Shown one piece after another: positions 1-9,556 of a stretch of 64,000 bases of DNA; the stretch's first letter is position 1; the number at the start of each line of letters is the position of its first letter. The notes under the pieces were generated by a model. The model was not told the DNA's origin, made no database searches, and saw nothing but the letters and a program-made list of their open reading frames with translations. This DNA comes from an uncultured Acidobacteriaceae bacterium (GTDB lineage Bacteria; Acidobacteriota; Terriglobia; Terriglobales; Acidobacteriaceae): positions 3,834 through 67,833 of the forward strand of contig CAWIAJ010000003.1 in assembly GCA_963834085.1 (NCBI GenBank), given 5' to 3'. The position numbers and the translations under genes were made by a program.

Positions 1-882
1 GACCGACGCGCCATATTGATTATTGTGAAATGGTGCTTTCGGTTGGCCCACAGGATTAAAGTAGTTCCGAGCGTCCAATGCATTGTTGCGAAAGTACTCT
101 CCGGCGGTCCCGTGAAACTTATTCGATCCACTTTTTGTAACGATATTAACGACAGCACCCGCGTTCCGGCCATACTCCGGCTCGAAGTTCGAAAGGACGT
201 TCACCTCGGCCACCGCATCAATCGGCAGAATTGTTGATGGCGTACCGAACACGCCTGCCTGATTGATCGCTGGATCATTGCGATAACCGTCGTTCATGTC
301 CGTACCGTCGAGTAAATAGTTGTTCGAGCGGCCACGAGCACCGTTCATCGAAAACTCGCCGAACGACCCGGGCGAATCAGAAATCTGGTCAGGAGACCCC
401 GCCACTCCGGGATTCAGATAAATGAGTTTGGTGTAATCGCGGCCGTTGACGGGCATGTTCTCAACCGTTTGTGCCGTGATTACACCGCCCAGTTCGTTGG
501 AATTGGTTTCGACGAGGGGCAACTCGTCGGCCGAAACTTCAACGCGCGTTGAGACCTCGCCTGTCTTGAGACTGGCGTCGACGCGCCGCTCGGTAGCCAC
601 GTCGACGGTGACCGATGTCGCCACGAACGTCTGGAACCCCGCCTGCGTCACCGTGACCGAGTACGTCCCAATCGGCAACTCCGGCACCGCATAACTCCCA
701 TCTGCGCTGGTGGTAGTCGTACGCTCCAGGCCAGTCGCCAGGTTGTGAATCTTTACCGTGGCTCCTGCGACCACGGCTCCTGACGGATCCGTTACCGAGC
801 CGAGGATAGTCCCACGAAATGTTTGGCCGACCAGCGCTGCTGTCGAAAGCAGAACCACCATCACTAAAAAGCGCAGCTTCAT
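1..882 (-). CDS. TonB-dependent outer-membrane receptor, N-terminal part (gene continues past the window start)
   Basis: Absent from the ORF track because it is open at the window edge. My reverse-strand translation from ATG 882..880 (AAGGAG 8 nt upstream) reads MKLRFLVMVVLLSTAALVGQTFRGTILGSVTDPSGAVVAGATVKIHNLATG...VENMPVNGRDYTKLIYLNPGV...NIVTKSGSNKFHGTAGEYFRNNALDARNYF. That is a signal peptide, a carboxypeptidase-regulatory-like fold and plug-type motifs, the same architecture as the complete paralog at 31781..35320. Confidence 0.8.
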   Translation of the reverse strand, partial: MKLRFLVMVVLLSTAALVGQTFRGTILGSVTDPSGAVVAGATVKIHNLATGLERTTTTSADGSYAVPELPIGTYSVTVTQAGFQTFVATSVTVDVATERRVDASLKTGEVSTRVEVSADELPLVETNSNELGGVITAQTVENMPVNGRDYTKLIYLNPGVAGSPDQISDSPGSFGEFSMNGARGRSNNYLLDGTDMNDGYRNDPAINQAGVFGTPSTILPIDAVAEVNVLSNFEPEYGRNAGAVVNIVTKSGSNKFHGTAGEYFRNNALDARNYFNPVGQPKAPFHNNQYGASV

Positions 883-1176
883 TCCGAATTCTCCTTGTTT
901 CGTCGTTTCGTCGAGCGCACGTGATTCGTCGTCGGCCGGGTCGAAAGCCGACGCGTACTTCGCAAACTGCAAATAGGCTTCCACTTAAGAGTTGCGGAAT
1001 TATAAACGAGCGGGCTCAAAACAACAGTGACGAACGTATTGAAAGACCGAATGGGAGTTATTACAAGAGGCGATCTATGAATTCGCAGATTTCGATCTAT
1101 GGAAGGTAGGATTGCAACAGGGACTGGCGGGAATTTTGTGGATGTATTCGAAGTATCGATGCGCTAGAAGTAGCTT

Positions 1177-2898
1177 TCAGAAGCTGAACGCCACGCCGCC
1201 GCGCACCGAGCGCGCCGCTTGTACCAAATACACCGTGTGCCCGTCGCTTCCCATCACTGGCACATAGCCCTGCGCGAGTAGATTGCGAACGTCCAGCAGA
1301 ACTTCCATGTGTCCCGCAAGAAAGCTGGCTGGAATCGGCTGTCGCAGGCACACATTCAAATAAGGATCAGCCTGCCCCGCCGAGGTGTTGAACTCGTCCA
1401 CCGGCGTCAGCGTTCTTGCGCCCGCATAACGGTAAGAGGCGACCCATCGCGTTTTTGTCTTCGGCATCGATCCGCTGAACTTCGCCGCCAGAGCCTGCCG
1501 GCGTTCGCTGTGGATGTAATCCCGCGCATCCTGTAGTTGAATGTCGGCGCGCGTTAGGTCAAGCACGCCTCCATACGAATAATCGAGCGTTGCCGTCAGA
1601 TCCGAAGCCAGCTTCCGCTGCAACACCACTCGCATGCCGCGCGTCGTGAAATCGTTTCCCTGATAACTGAACGTGCCAGAATAGATGTCCGGTAGAACCT
1701 CACCCGACTCGGTCGTCATGTCGCCTACGCCAGTCAACATCGGATCGGCGATTCCGTCCGAGAAAAACGCCACCTGCATATTCGTTTTGCCCACTCGCTG
1801 GGAGAGCGATACTTCCTGATGGCGCGCCTTCTCGACCGCCGGAGCATAATCCGTCATGCTCATGCGCGGCGCGGTCTCGCTTAGGTCGGCGGAAACGGAG
1901 TCGAAACGACTGTCGTCGTTACTGAGCCGACTGGCAACGCCCTGGTTCGGGACTGAACTCGTATATCGGTACTCTAAAACCGTGCCTGGCGTCAGGTGCA
2001 GATCCACCGAACCAAACGGCCGGAACGAATGCACGTGCCCCATAAACTGAATCGTCTGCAACTCGCTGCCAACCTTCATCTCCAGCTTGTCGCCAATCAC
2101 CACGCGATCGGAGCTCGTTACAGATAGAGCTTGCAGTGAAGCGCCCGGAATCGTATCCGGCGAATTCAGTCGCAGCGCCGTGATCGCCATCGAGGGCTCA
2201 AACATCCCGTTATAGCGGTTCGTATAAGTAGTTCGGAGCACGGCCGTGGGTACGCCCTCACCGTCAGAGTCGTAGCCGATGTTTCCGTTGAACCTTACGG
2301 TGCCGGTCGAGAGAAGGGAACGCTCCACCGCAAAACCGGCTGTCATATCGGACGAACTGCCAAACCCCTGACCCGGCGATCCTGCCAGCAAACTCACACT
2401 CCCGCGCACATCGTCGTTACTCTGTTCAACGACGGTCGTGCCATCCGGAAGCACGCGCAAGATCGGCCGATTTGCTACCGAACGCAGTGTCCACTTCCAG
2501 TCATCGTCGTCCACCGGCGTTCGCAAGGGAACCAACTGAATCGCTTCAAACAAAGTGGTGAGCGTGACGTTGACCATCGCCTTCGTTCCGGGATGGATGC
2601 CAACTTTTTCGCGCAGGGAAGGCAAGAAGGAAGGAGCGCTTACTTTGACGCTATAAGTACCGGGTAGCAGTCGCGCCACCGAGTAGAACCCGCGGTCGTC
2701 GGTGTACACCTTCAGCGCTTGGACGGCCGATCCCACTGCCGAACCAAGAATCTCAACCACCGCGCCCATCTGCGGCGCCCCGCCGTTGTCACGAACATAT
2801 CCCGAGATTGCGCCGGACGCAGAAGCACACCATGCCGGCAGAGTAACCGTCGTGGTCACGACGGCAACAGCTACGATGAACCCGAGCTTTCGTAACAT
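1177..2898 (-). CDS. secreted carboxypeptidase-regulatory-like domain protein with a barrel-like C-terminal region
   Basis: The ORF is 1177..2967. I prefer the internal ATG at 2898 (MLRKLGFIVAVAVVTTTVTLPAWCASA, signal-peptide-like) because it removes the overlap with the upstream gene ending at 2936. GAISGYVRDNGGAPQMGAVVEI...DDRGFYSVARLLPGTYSVKVSAPSF is the CarboxypepD_reg-type fold. The protein ends ...GGVAFSF, an aromatic terminus as in many outer-membrane barrels. Confidence 0.65.
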   Translation of the reverse strand: MLRKLGFIVAVAVVTTTVTLPAWCASASGAISGYVRDNGGAPQMGAVVEILGSAVGSAVQALKVYTDDRGFYSVARLLPGTYSVKVSAPSFLPSLREKVGIHPGTKAMVNVTLTTLFEAIQLVPLRTPVDDDDWKWTLRSVANRPILRVLPDGTTVVEQSNDDVRGSVSLLAGSPGQGFGSSSDMTAGFAVERSLLSTGTVRFNGNIGYDSDGEGVPTAVLRTTYTNRYNGMFEPSMAITALRLNSPDTIPGASLQALSVTSSDRVVIGDKLEMKVGSELQTIQFMGHVHSFRPFGSVDLHLTPGTVLEYRYTSSVPNQGVASRLSNDDSRFDSVSADLSETAPRMSMTDYAPAVEKARHQEVSLSQRVGKTNMQVAFFSDGIADPMLTGVGDMTTESGEVLPDIYSGTFSYQGNDFTTRGMRVVLQRKLASDLTATLDYSYGGVLDLTRADIQLQDARDYIHSERRQALAAKFSGSMPKTKTRWVASYRYAGARTLTPVDEFNTSAGQADPYLNVCLRQPIPASFLAGHMEVLLDVRNLLAQGYVPVMGSDGHTVYLVQAARSVRGGVAFSF

Positions 2899-2935
2899 CT
2901 CGCCCACCACCTCTGGGAATCCAGGCCGATGCGGT

Positions 2936-4687
2936 TTATTCGACAGCGAAAGTCGCCGTCGGACCAACCGTCTGCTTGGAAAGGTTGTCGTTCACTTTAA
3001 TCTCGATCTTATAAAGACCGGGCTGCAAATTCGCCGCGGAAAGAGTCTTTTCCAGCGTCACCTGATCACCGACATTCCCCATCGTGTCGGTCGATTCGAC
3101 GGTGTGGATTACAGCCTTATTGTTCGCGTCCGTGACATTGTACTCGATTGTGGCCGAAGGTTTGTGAGTTTTGTCGTCGACGCTCAGATTGTAGACCTGC
3201 ATCCAGAAATTCAGCTTCTGATTGCGCTTGAAAGAAATCGGCTTGCCGTCGGACGGCGCAACACGCGGCCGCACCTTCGTCGTCCCGATCACAAAATTAC
3301 CCGTGCCCACATTCTTCGTAGCTACCGGCTCCATCTGATCGGCGATAATCAGGGTCGAGTTGCTCAATTTATCTTCACTGAAGTCTGGAATCACAATTGC
3401 GTGGCTCCAGCTCCCCGTGCGGTCGCCGTTGACATCTTTCACCACGACATCAAGTCGGTAGCGATTCTGGCTGATGCGCAGTGGCAGCGCCTTCCAGTAC
3501 ACCGAAGAATTCTCGGCCGTCTTCGGCAGCAGCTCTACTGGGACATCGACCTGCACCGTGTCTTCAAACGTCTGGACAATCTTGCCCGTGAGCGTAGTCA
3601 CGCGTCCAAAAATATTGACCGTGCCGCGCTCCACGCCATCCTTGTTCTGGAAGGTCACGTCGCGGTTCTTGATCTGGATCGTGACCGGAACGAGCACCGT
3701 GTCGCTCGTGACTTTCACGAAATCCGCCCGCACATCGAACGGCATCAGGTTGACGCTGATCTTATGGCTGACGACTTCTTCCAGATCCTTGAACTTCACC
3801 GCCGGAGCCGCCTGCAACTTCGCAAACTGTTCCAGCCGATCAAATTCTTTGGTTTGCAAATCATTATTAAACGGAGACTGCCCCAACTGCTCGATGCCGT
3901 TTCCGCCCGTAAACCGGCTCGCCTTGCTCGTCATGCCCATCTGCTCGTACAGGGTCAGACCGGCGTTCGGCGTGTATTTCAGAGCGTCTTTTTCCGACCG
4001 ATCCATCGTCATGTGATAGTCGCCGCACATGCATGTGTCGACGAATTCAATCATCACTTCCTGACCTATACCCTCGATATAGCGATAGCGCCAGGTCTCA
4101 AACGGGAAGGTCGAAGTTTCGCCGCCGCCCTCTTCCATAGGACGCTCGTAACTTCCGCCCGAAGGATGGGAGTCGATTTCATCGGCCGGTCCAAACACGA
4201 TGTACATGCGGCCGCGATCCGTCTTCCATCCGGGGATACCCGCCGCGTAGTGCTCGTTGGCATAGGCGATGCGGCGATAATGCTCTTCCTTGAACTCGTT
4301 TTCTTCTGTATCCGGCGTTGGATCGCGGCGCTGCCAGAAGGCTTCGATAAACTGATCGCGCTCTTCGTCGTTCGAGAGCACCATGAACGCCGAGCGCTCC
4401 TGGTCGGTGATAATCCAGCGCACGTCCTCGTCCAGCCACTTGCGGTAGGTCTTGCTTAACTCGATCTTGAGGGCCTTGGCGTTCTTTTGCCGCTGCTTGT
4501 CTGGAATCGGCCGCTTGAGAGGATCTACCTGGCTTCCCTGGGCAGGAGCCGCGGCGGCATCATCAGCACCCTTGGCATCCTTCTCTTGTGCCCCGCCCGT
4601 GGCCGCAAATCCAAGCGCCATGGCGCTCGTAAGCAAACCGACAAAGCAGCGATTTTTCAGAACTGTGGAGAATCCATTACAGAACAT
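2936..4687 (-). CDS. GWxTD domain-containing protein
   Basis: 583-aa ORF with a signal peptide. GIPGWKTDRGRMYIVFGPADEIDSHPSGG and WRYRYIEGIG fit the GWxTD family. Only 37 nt separate it from the downstream gene, suggesting an operon. Confidence 0.8.
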   Translation of the reverse strand: MFCNGFSTVLKNRCFVGLLTSAMALGFAATGGAQEKDAKGADDAAAAPAQGSQVDPLKRPIPDKQRQKNAKALKIELSKTYRKWLDEDVRWIITDQERSAFMVLSNDEERDQFIEAFWQRRDPTPDTEENEFKEEHYRRIAYANEHYAAGIPGWKTDRGRMYIVFGPADEIDSHPSGGSYERPMEEGGGETSTFPFETWRYRYIEGIGQEVMIEFVDTCMCGDYHMTMDRSEKDALKYTPNAGLTLYEQMGMTSKASRFTGGNGIEQLGQSPFNNDLQTKEFDRLEQFAKLQAAPAVKFKDLEEVVSHKISVNLMPFDVRADFVKVTSDTVLVPVTIQIKNRDVTFQNKDGVERGTVNIFGRVTTLTGKIVQTFEDTVQVDVPVELLPKTAENSSVYWKALPLRISQNRYRLDVVVKDVNGDRTGSWSHAIVIPDFSEDKLSNSTLIIADQMEPVATKNVGTGNFVIGTTKVRPRVAPSDGKPISFKRNQKLNFWMQVYNLSVDDKTHKPSATIEYNVTDANNKAVIHTVESTDTMGNVGDQVTLEKTLSAANLQPGLYKIEIKVNDNLSKQTVGPTATFAVE

Positions 4688-5180
4688 AGAGGGGCCTACC
4701 TCATGACAGACTTCAGTACTGTGATTCTATGTTGATTGGATACAAGCTGGCAAGGAGAAGTGGCCTGACGAGAAAAGATTTCCTGCGCCGAGTACAGCCT
4801 GTAAATCCCTTAAGAATCCGGGGCTTGCAATTCTTCGACGGGCGGACACCGGCCGCCGGTCAATGCGCCTTCTCTCCCGCCGCAATCGAAAAATCGACTT
4901 TGACGCTATAACGTGCGATCTGTAGGGCGCGATATAATAAAGCGGTAGCCCGCACAATCGCCTTTTTATCTCGTCGAACGGACGACTGAGCGGTGGATTT
5001 CGCGGGTCGCTCGGGAACTTTCCTTTTGTTCTGAACGTAACTATTCATGCGCAACCGGCCCGCGTGTCCGCCGTTCTCTTTCAGCGGATATCGCGGCATT
5101 CCGGGGCGTCGTGTTTGAATAGCGCCCAGCGCACCACAAAACAGCCTCTTTGGGGCGGAAACACGGATCAACTCTGAGTC

Positions 5181-6563
5181 ATGAAGACCTGGAAAAAAGT
5201 ATTAATCGGAGTGGGCGCGGCCTTGGTTCTGACCATACTCGTGGCTGTCACGGTCTATCAAAGCCAGAAAAATCTCGTCACCGTTCAAACCGGCAAGGCT
5301 CTGAAGCAAAACCTCGCCTCCGTCGTCAGCGCCTCCGGCGAAATCAAGCCCAAGACCTACGTCAATATTGGAGCGAACGCTTTCGGCAAAATCATCAAAC
5401 TCCACGTCAAGGAAGGCGACCACGTCAAGAAAGGCCAACTTCTGGCTCAGCTTGAGAATGTACAATCCTCAGCCAACGTCAACGCGACTCGCGCCTCTGT
5501 ACAAGCTGCCGAAACCGATGCCGTCGCTGGAGAGGCAGCCCTCAAGACCGCTCTCGCTGACCTCAATCGCGCTAAATCCGACGCTAATCACGCGAAACTC
5601 GACTGGGAGCGCGCGCAAGGCCTCTACACCGCCGCCCTCATCGCCAAACAGGATTACGACGTAAAAAAAGCCGCGTGGGAAACGGCCGACGCCGGCCTCG
5701 CGCAGGCCGAGGCAAAAGTGGCCCAGGCTAAAGCCCAAAAAGATTCGATGGACAAGCACATCACTCAGGATGAGGCCAACCTTACCCGCGTCGCCGACGT
5801 GCTCCAAAAGACTACCTACGAAGCTCCGTTTGACGGTGTCATTACCAATCTCCCCGTGCGCGAGGGTGAGACCGTAGTCATCGGTATCCAAAATTCTCCC
5901 GGCAGCACCCTGATGACTCTGGCCGACATGTCCGTCATCACTAGCGAAGTCAAAGTCGACGAAACCGACATCGTTAACGTTCGCCTCGGACAGCCCGCCG
6001 AGGTCACCATCGACGCCATTCCTCATAAAATCTTTCATGGAGTAGTCAGTGAAATTGGAGACAACGCCATCGTTCGTTCCACTGGCGTAGCGACCTCGCA
6101 AGCCACTTCGACCAGCGAAGAAGCCAAAGACTTCAAAGTAGTTGTCACGCTCACCGATCCGCCGGAAGATCTGCGGCCCGGCCTTTCTTCAACCGCGAAA
6201 ATCACGACCGCAACCCGGGCCAACGTCGTGAGCATTCCGATCCAAGCCCTAACGGTTCGCACCCAAGCCGATCTCGTGCCGAAGGATTCCGGGAAGGGCG
6301 AGGTCCAAGCCGCCTCCACTCCTCCCGCTGACGCATCTAAGCAGAAAGAAGAAATCCAGGGCGTATTCGTAATCCGCAATAAAAAGGCCCAGTTCGTTCC
6401 CGTGGAGACCGGCGTCAGTGGCACCACTGACATAGAAGTTCTGAAAGGCGTGCAAGACGGTGACGAAGTGATTACCGGCAGCTACAAGGTTTTGCGTACG
6501 CTAAAGCCGGGCACCAATGTAAAGATAGATAACTCGGCCCCGAAGAAAGAAGACGAAAGCTAA
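5181..6563 (+). CDS. efflux transporter periplasmic adaptor subunit (HlyD/MacA family)
   Basis: 460-aa ORF with an N-terminal membrane anchor, a lipoyl-like motif (GKIIKLHVKEGDHVKKGQLLAQLE), a long Ala/Gln-rich coiled-coil hairpin and a beta-barrel C-terminus. An ABC ATPase follows it. Confidence 0.85.
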   Translation: MKTWKKVLIGVGAALVLTILVAVTVYQSQKNLVTVQTGKALKQNLASVVSASGEIKPKTYVNIGANAFGKIIKLHVKEGDHVKKGQLLAQLENVQSSANVNATRASVQAAETDAVAGEAALKTALADLNRAKSDANHAKLDWERAQGLYTAALIAKQDYDVKKAAWETADAGLAQAEAKVAQAKAQKDSMDKHITQDEANLTRVADVLQKTTYEAPFDGVITNLPVREGETVVIGIQNSPGSTLMTLADMSVITSEVKVDETDIVNVRLGQPAEVTIDAIPHKIFHGVVSEIGDNAIVRSTGVATSQATSTSEEAKDFKVVVTLTDPPEDLRPGLSSTAKITTATRANVVSIPIQALTVRTQADLVPKDSGKGEVQAASTPPADASKQKEEIQGVFVIRNKKAQFVPVETGVSGTTDIEVLKGVQDGDEVITGSYKVLRTLKPGTNVKIDNSAPKKEDES

Positions 6564-6627
6564 GGTCGTGAGTAGAGGCGGGCGATTCGCCCGTCCAGCC
6601 GGGCCTGCGAATCCGGCGCTTAATAAA

Positions 6628-6656
6628 ACGTTCTAACCTCTAGAGAGTTAGAACGT
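6628..6656. repeat. 10-bp perfect inverted repeat ACGTTCTAAC / GTTAGAACGT with a 9-nt loop, between the adaptor and ATPase genes
   Basis: Read directly from the sequence. It contains TTCTAACCTCT, which recurs twice at 27660..27685. Confidence 0.5.
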
Positions 6657-6717
6657 CCAACACAGAACGGCTACAGGAGCATGCGTGTCCCAGCCCGATT
6701 CCGCGAAGGAGAGCAAA

Positions 6718-7464
<747 letters not shown>

Positions 7465-7620
7465 GACGCTCAAGTCCGTGCGGATGGATTCGACCGTCCA
7501 GCGGTGCCAAACCAGTCGCAATCCGAGCCGTCGACGCGACACAAAGCCTCCATCCACGAAAACAAAGCGGTCAAGATTCCGGGAAATGAGAGCGTTGGGG
7601 GGGTATACCTTCAGCGCCGT

Positions 7621-7740
7621 CGTGTACATCCGTATTTGTACATATAAATATATATGTACGAAATGTTTTTTCTCACGGCAAGTACATTGTACGTATCATC
7701 CGTCACCCGCGGTATGAAGCATTTTGTACGCATAGCCGAC
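7621..7740. promoter_or_regulatory. AT-rich cluster of GTAC-core palindromes (candidate operator array)
   Basis: TGTACA lies at 7623..7628 and 7637..7642, 8 nt apart. A perfect 9-bp inverted repeat GTACATATA (7638..7646) / TATATGTAC (7651..7659) has a 4-nt spacer. Further GTAC cores lie at 7682..7685, 7689..7692 and 7736..7739. Confidence 0.35.
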
Positions 7741-7895
7741 CTCCATCGAGTCTTTGACGTGGCCAGCTCGTCAATGAGAACCACATGAGTCGCGCTCGCG
7801 CCTGCCTCCCATTCTTGCCATAAGGTCCCTCCTTCGTGTTCTCCGAGATTGAAGCCTCTGAGTTGGCCGTCTTCGCCCGCGCCCGCAAAACTCGT

Positions 7896-7901
7896 TATAA
7901 T
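7896..7901 (+). promoter_or_regulatory. consensus TATAAT box 6 nt upstream of the sodC ATG (possible leaderless transcript)
   Basis: The sequence reads ctcgtTATAATccctccATG. There is no Shine-Dalgarno sequence between the box and the start codon. Confidence 0.3.
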
Positions 7902-7907
7902 CCCTCC

Positions 7908-8417
7908 ATGAAAACCGCCCGCCTTTTCTCCCTCGCACTCCTCGTCGTCGCGCTGGCCTCCGCCAGTTCCGCCAAGATCTTGGTTCAACTCAAGGACGCG
8001 CAAGGCAAGGTCGTTGGTTCCGCCATCCTTTGGGACTCCGCTCCAGGTGTTGGCATGGAAGTCAGCGTTCAGAACCTTCCTCCCGGAGAGCATGCCATCC
8101 ACTTCCATCAGAATGCCAAGTGCGAGGCGCCCGATTTCAAATCCGCAGGACCACACTTCAATCCCGATGGCAAGAAGCATGGCCTCGAGAATCCCGAAGG
8201 TCATCACGCCGGGGACGGGGCCAATTTCAGCGTCGCAGCCGACGGCAAAGCCCACTTCAAGCGCGAAGATAAGGACGTCACCTGGGGCGACGACCCGCAT
8301 TCCATCTTCAGTAACGGTGGAACTGCTCTCGTGGTCCACGCCAAAGCCGACGACCAGAAAACCGATCCGGCTGGAAACGCTGGCGACCGCATTGCTTGCG
8401 GCGCAATAACGAAATAA
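7908..8417 (+). CDS. sodC: periplasmic Cu/Zn superoxide dismutase
   Basis: [35 protein letters not shown] and [28 protein letters not shown] are the Cu/Zn-SOD ligand and disulfide motifs. The start is placed at [19 protein letters not shown] (signal peptide) rather than the track start GTG 7836. Confidence 0.9.
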   Translation: MKTARLFSLALLVVALASASSAKILVQLKDAQGKVVGSAILWDSAPGVGMEVSVQNLPPGEHAIHFHQNAKCEAPDFKSAGPHFNPDGKKHGLENPEGHHAGDGANFSVAADGKAHFKREDKDVTWGDDPHSIFSNGGTALVVHAKADDQKTDPAGNAGDRIACGAITK

Positions 8418-8567
8418 TTACTTTCGAACGCGGCGAAGCGGTCGAATCACGGGGTTCTCTGGTCAACGTTGGATCGGTACCTGAACATCGGATGAATTGG
8501 GCTGGAGTTTCGCGGTGCAATGAAGGTGGGTGTGGCGCAGAATGCGAGGCAATGTGACAATAGAGGG

Positions 8568-9425
8568 ATGCAAAGAACTCTCAACACTGCACTTCTATTG
8601 GCCGCAGCGATGATGCTGGGGGGGGATGGCTATGCCCAGACTCCAGCAAGTACTCCTCCGGCAACGACACCAGCGGCTCCCGCAGCCACAACGACGAAAG
8701 CGCCCGTAAAGAAGACGGGAACGGCGACGAAAAGCGCAGCGGCAGCTCCGGCGCTGACGACGCGCAAACAGAAGTTCAGCTACGCGCTCGGAATGAACAT
8801 CGGTACGGGCTACAAACAAGGTTTGGATAAGCAAGGTGTAGAGTTTGATCCGGCGCTGGTAGCAGCCGGAGTGAAGGATGCTCTATTAGGGGGCAAGACT
8901 CGGCTGACGCAGGAACAGGCGCAAGCTGTGCTGACTGAAGTGAAAACGGAAGTTGGCAAGCGGCTGCAAGAACAGGCGCAGGCAGCGGGAGCCAAGAATA
9001 AGGCGGAAGGCGAGGCCTTTCTCGCGGCCAACAAGACGAAGGAAGGTGTGGTCACACTGCCCAGCGGATTGCAGTACAAGATTTTGACCGAGGGCAAGGG
9101 TCCGAAACCGGGGGCGAGCGATTCTGTGGTTTGCAATTATCGCGGGACTCTGGTGAACGGTACGGAATTCGATAGTTCCTACAAGCGCGGGCAACCGGCG
9201 ACGTTCGGCGTGAGCCAGGTAATCAAGGGCTGGACAGAGGCGCTTCAATTGATGCCGGTGGGATCGAAGTGGCAGCTCTTTATCCCGTCAAGCCTTGCGT
9301 ATGGGGAGCGTGGTCCGGGAGAGATCGGTCCTGACTCGACGTTGATTTTTGAGGTTGAGTTGATGTCGATCGTGGACAAGAGCAAGGAAGATAAAAAGGA
9401 CGGCCAGAGCGAAGAAAAGAAGTAG
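8568..9425 (+). CDS. FKBP-type peptidyl-prolyl cis-trans isomerase (FkpA/Mip-like, secreted)
   Basis: It has a signal peptide, an Ala/Thr/Pro-rich linker, an FKBP_N-like helical region and an FKBP domain (VVCNYRGTLVNGTEFDSSYKRGQPATFGVSQVIKGWTEALQLMPVGSKWQLFIPSSLAYGERG). The start is placed at ATG 8568. Confidence 0.85.
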   Translation: MQRTLNTALLLAAAMMLGGDGYAQTPASTPPATTPAAPAATTTKAPVKKTGTATKSAAAAPALTTRKQKFSYALGMNIGTGYKQGLDKQGVEFDPALVAAGVKDALLGGKTRLTQEQAQAVLTEVKTEVGKRLQEQAQAAGAKNKAEGEAFLAANKTKEGVVTLPSGLQYKILTEGKGPKPGASDSVVCNYRGTLVNGTEFDSSYKRGQPATFGVSQVIKGWTEALQLMPVGSKWQLFIPSSLAYGERGPGEIGPDSTLIFEVELMSIVDKSKEDKKDGQSEEKK

Positions 9426-9468
9426 GCGAGCGCTGTTCGTCTAATACGGCTGCCATTTCGAGGTTATT

Positions 9469-9515
9469 GCGAGGGAACTGCAGTTTCGCGGTATTGAAGA
9501 CTGCAGATCCCTCGC
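9469..9515. repeat. 15-bp near-perfect inverted repeat GCGAGGGAACTGCAG / CTGCAGATCCCTCGC at a convergent gene junction
   Basis: 14 of 15 positions are complementary, with a 17-nt loop. It lies between the 3' ends of the FKBP gene and the His-rich gene and shares GATCCCTCG with 31706..31714. Confidence 0.45.
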
Positions 9516-9556
9516 TTTGTTTGGAATGACAAGTTTATATCGGTTACAACTTCTGG

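Noticed and set aside
2702-4459. 585-aa plus-strand ORF
   Set aside because: It is antisense to the GWxTD gene. Its translation is Arg/His/Leu-rich and matches no family. This is the typical shadow ORF of a GC-rich gene on the other strand.
7611-8339. 242-aa minus-strand ORF across the sodC region
   Set aside because: It is antisense to sodC, whose Cu/Zn-SOD motifs are unambiguous on the plus strand.
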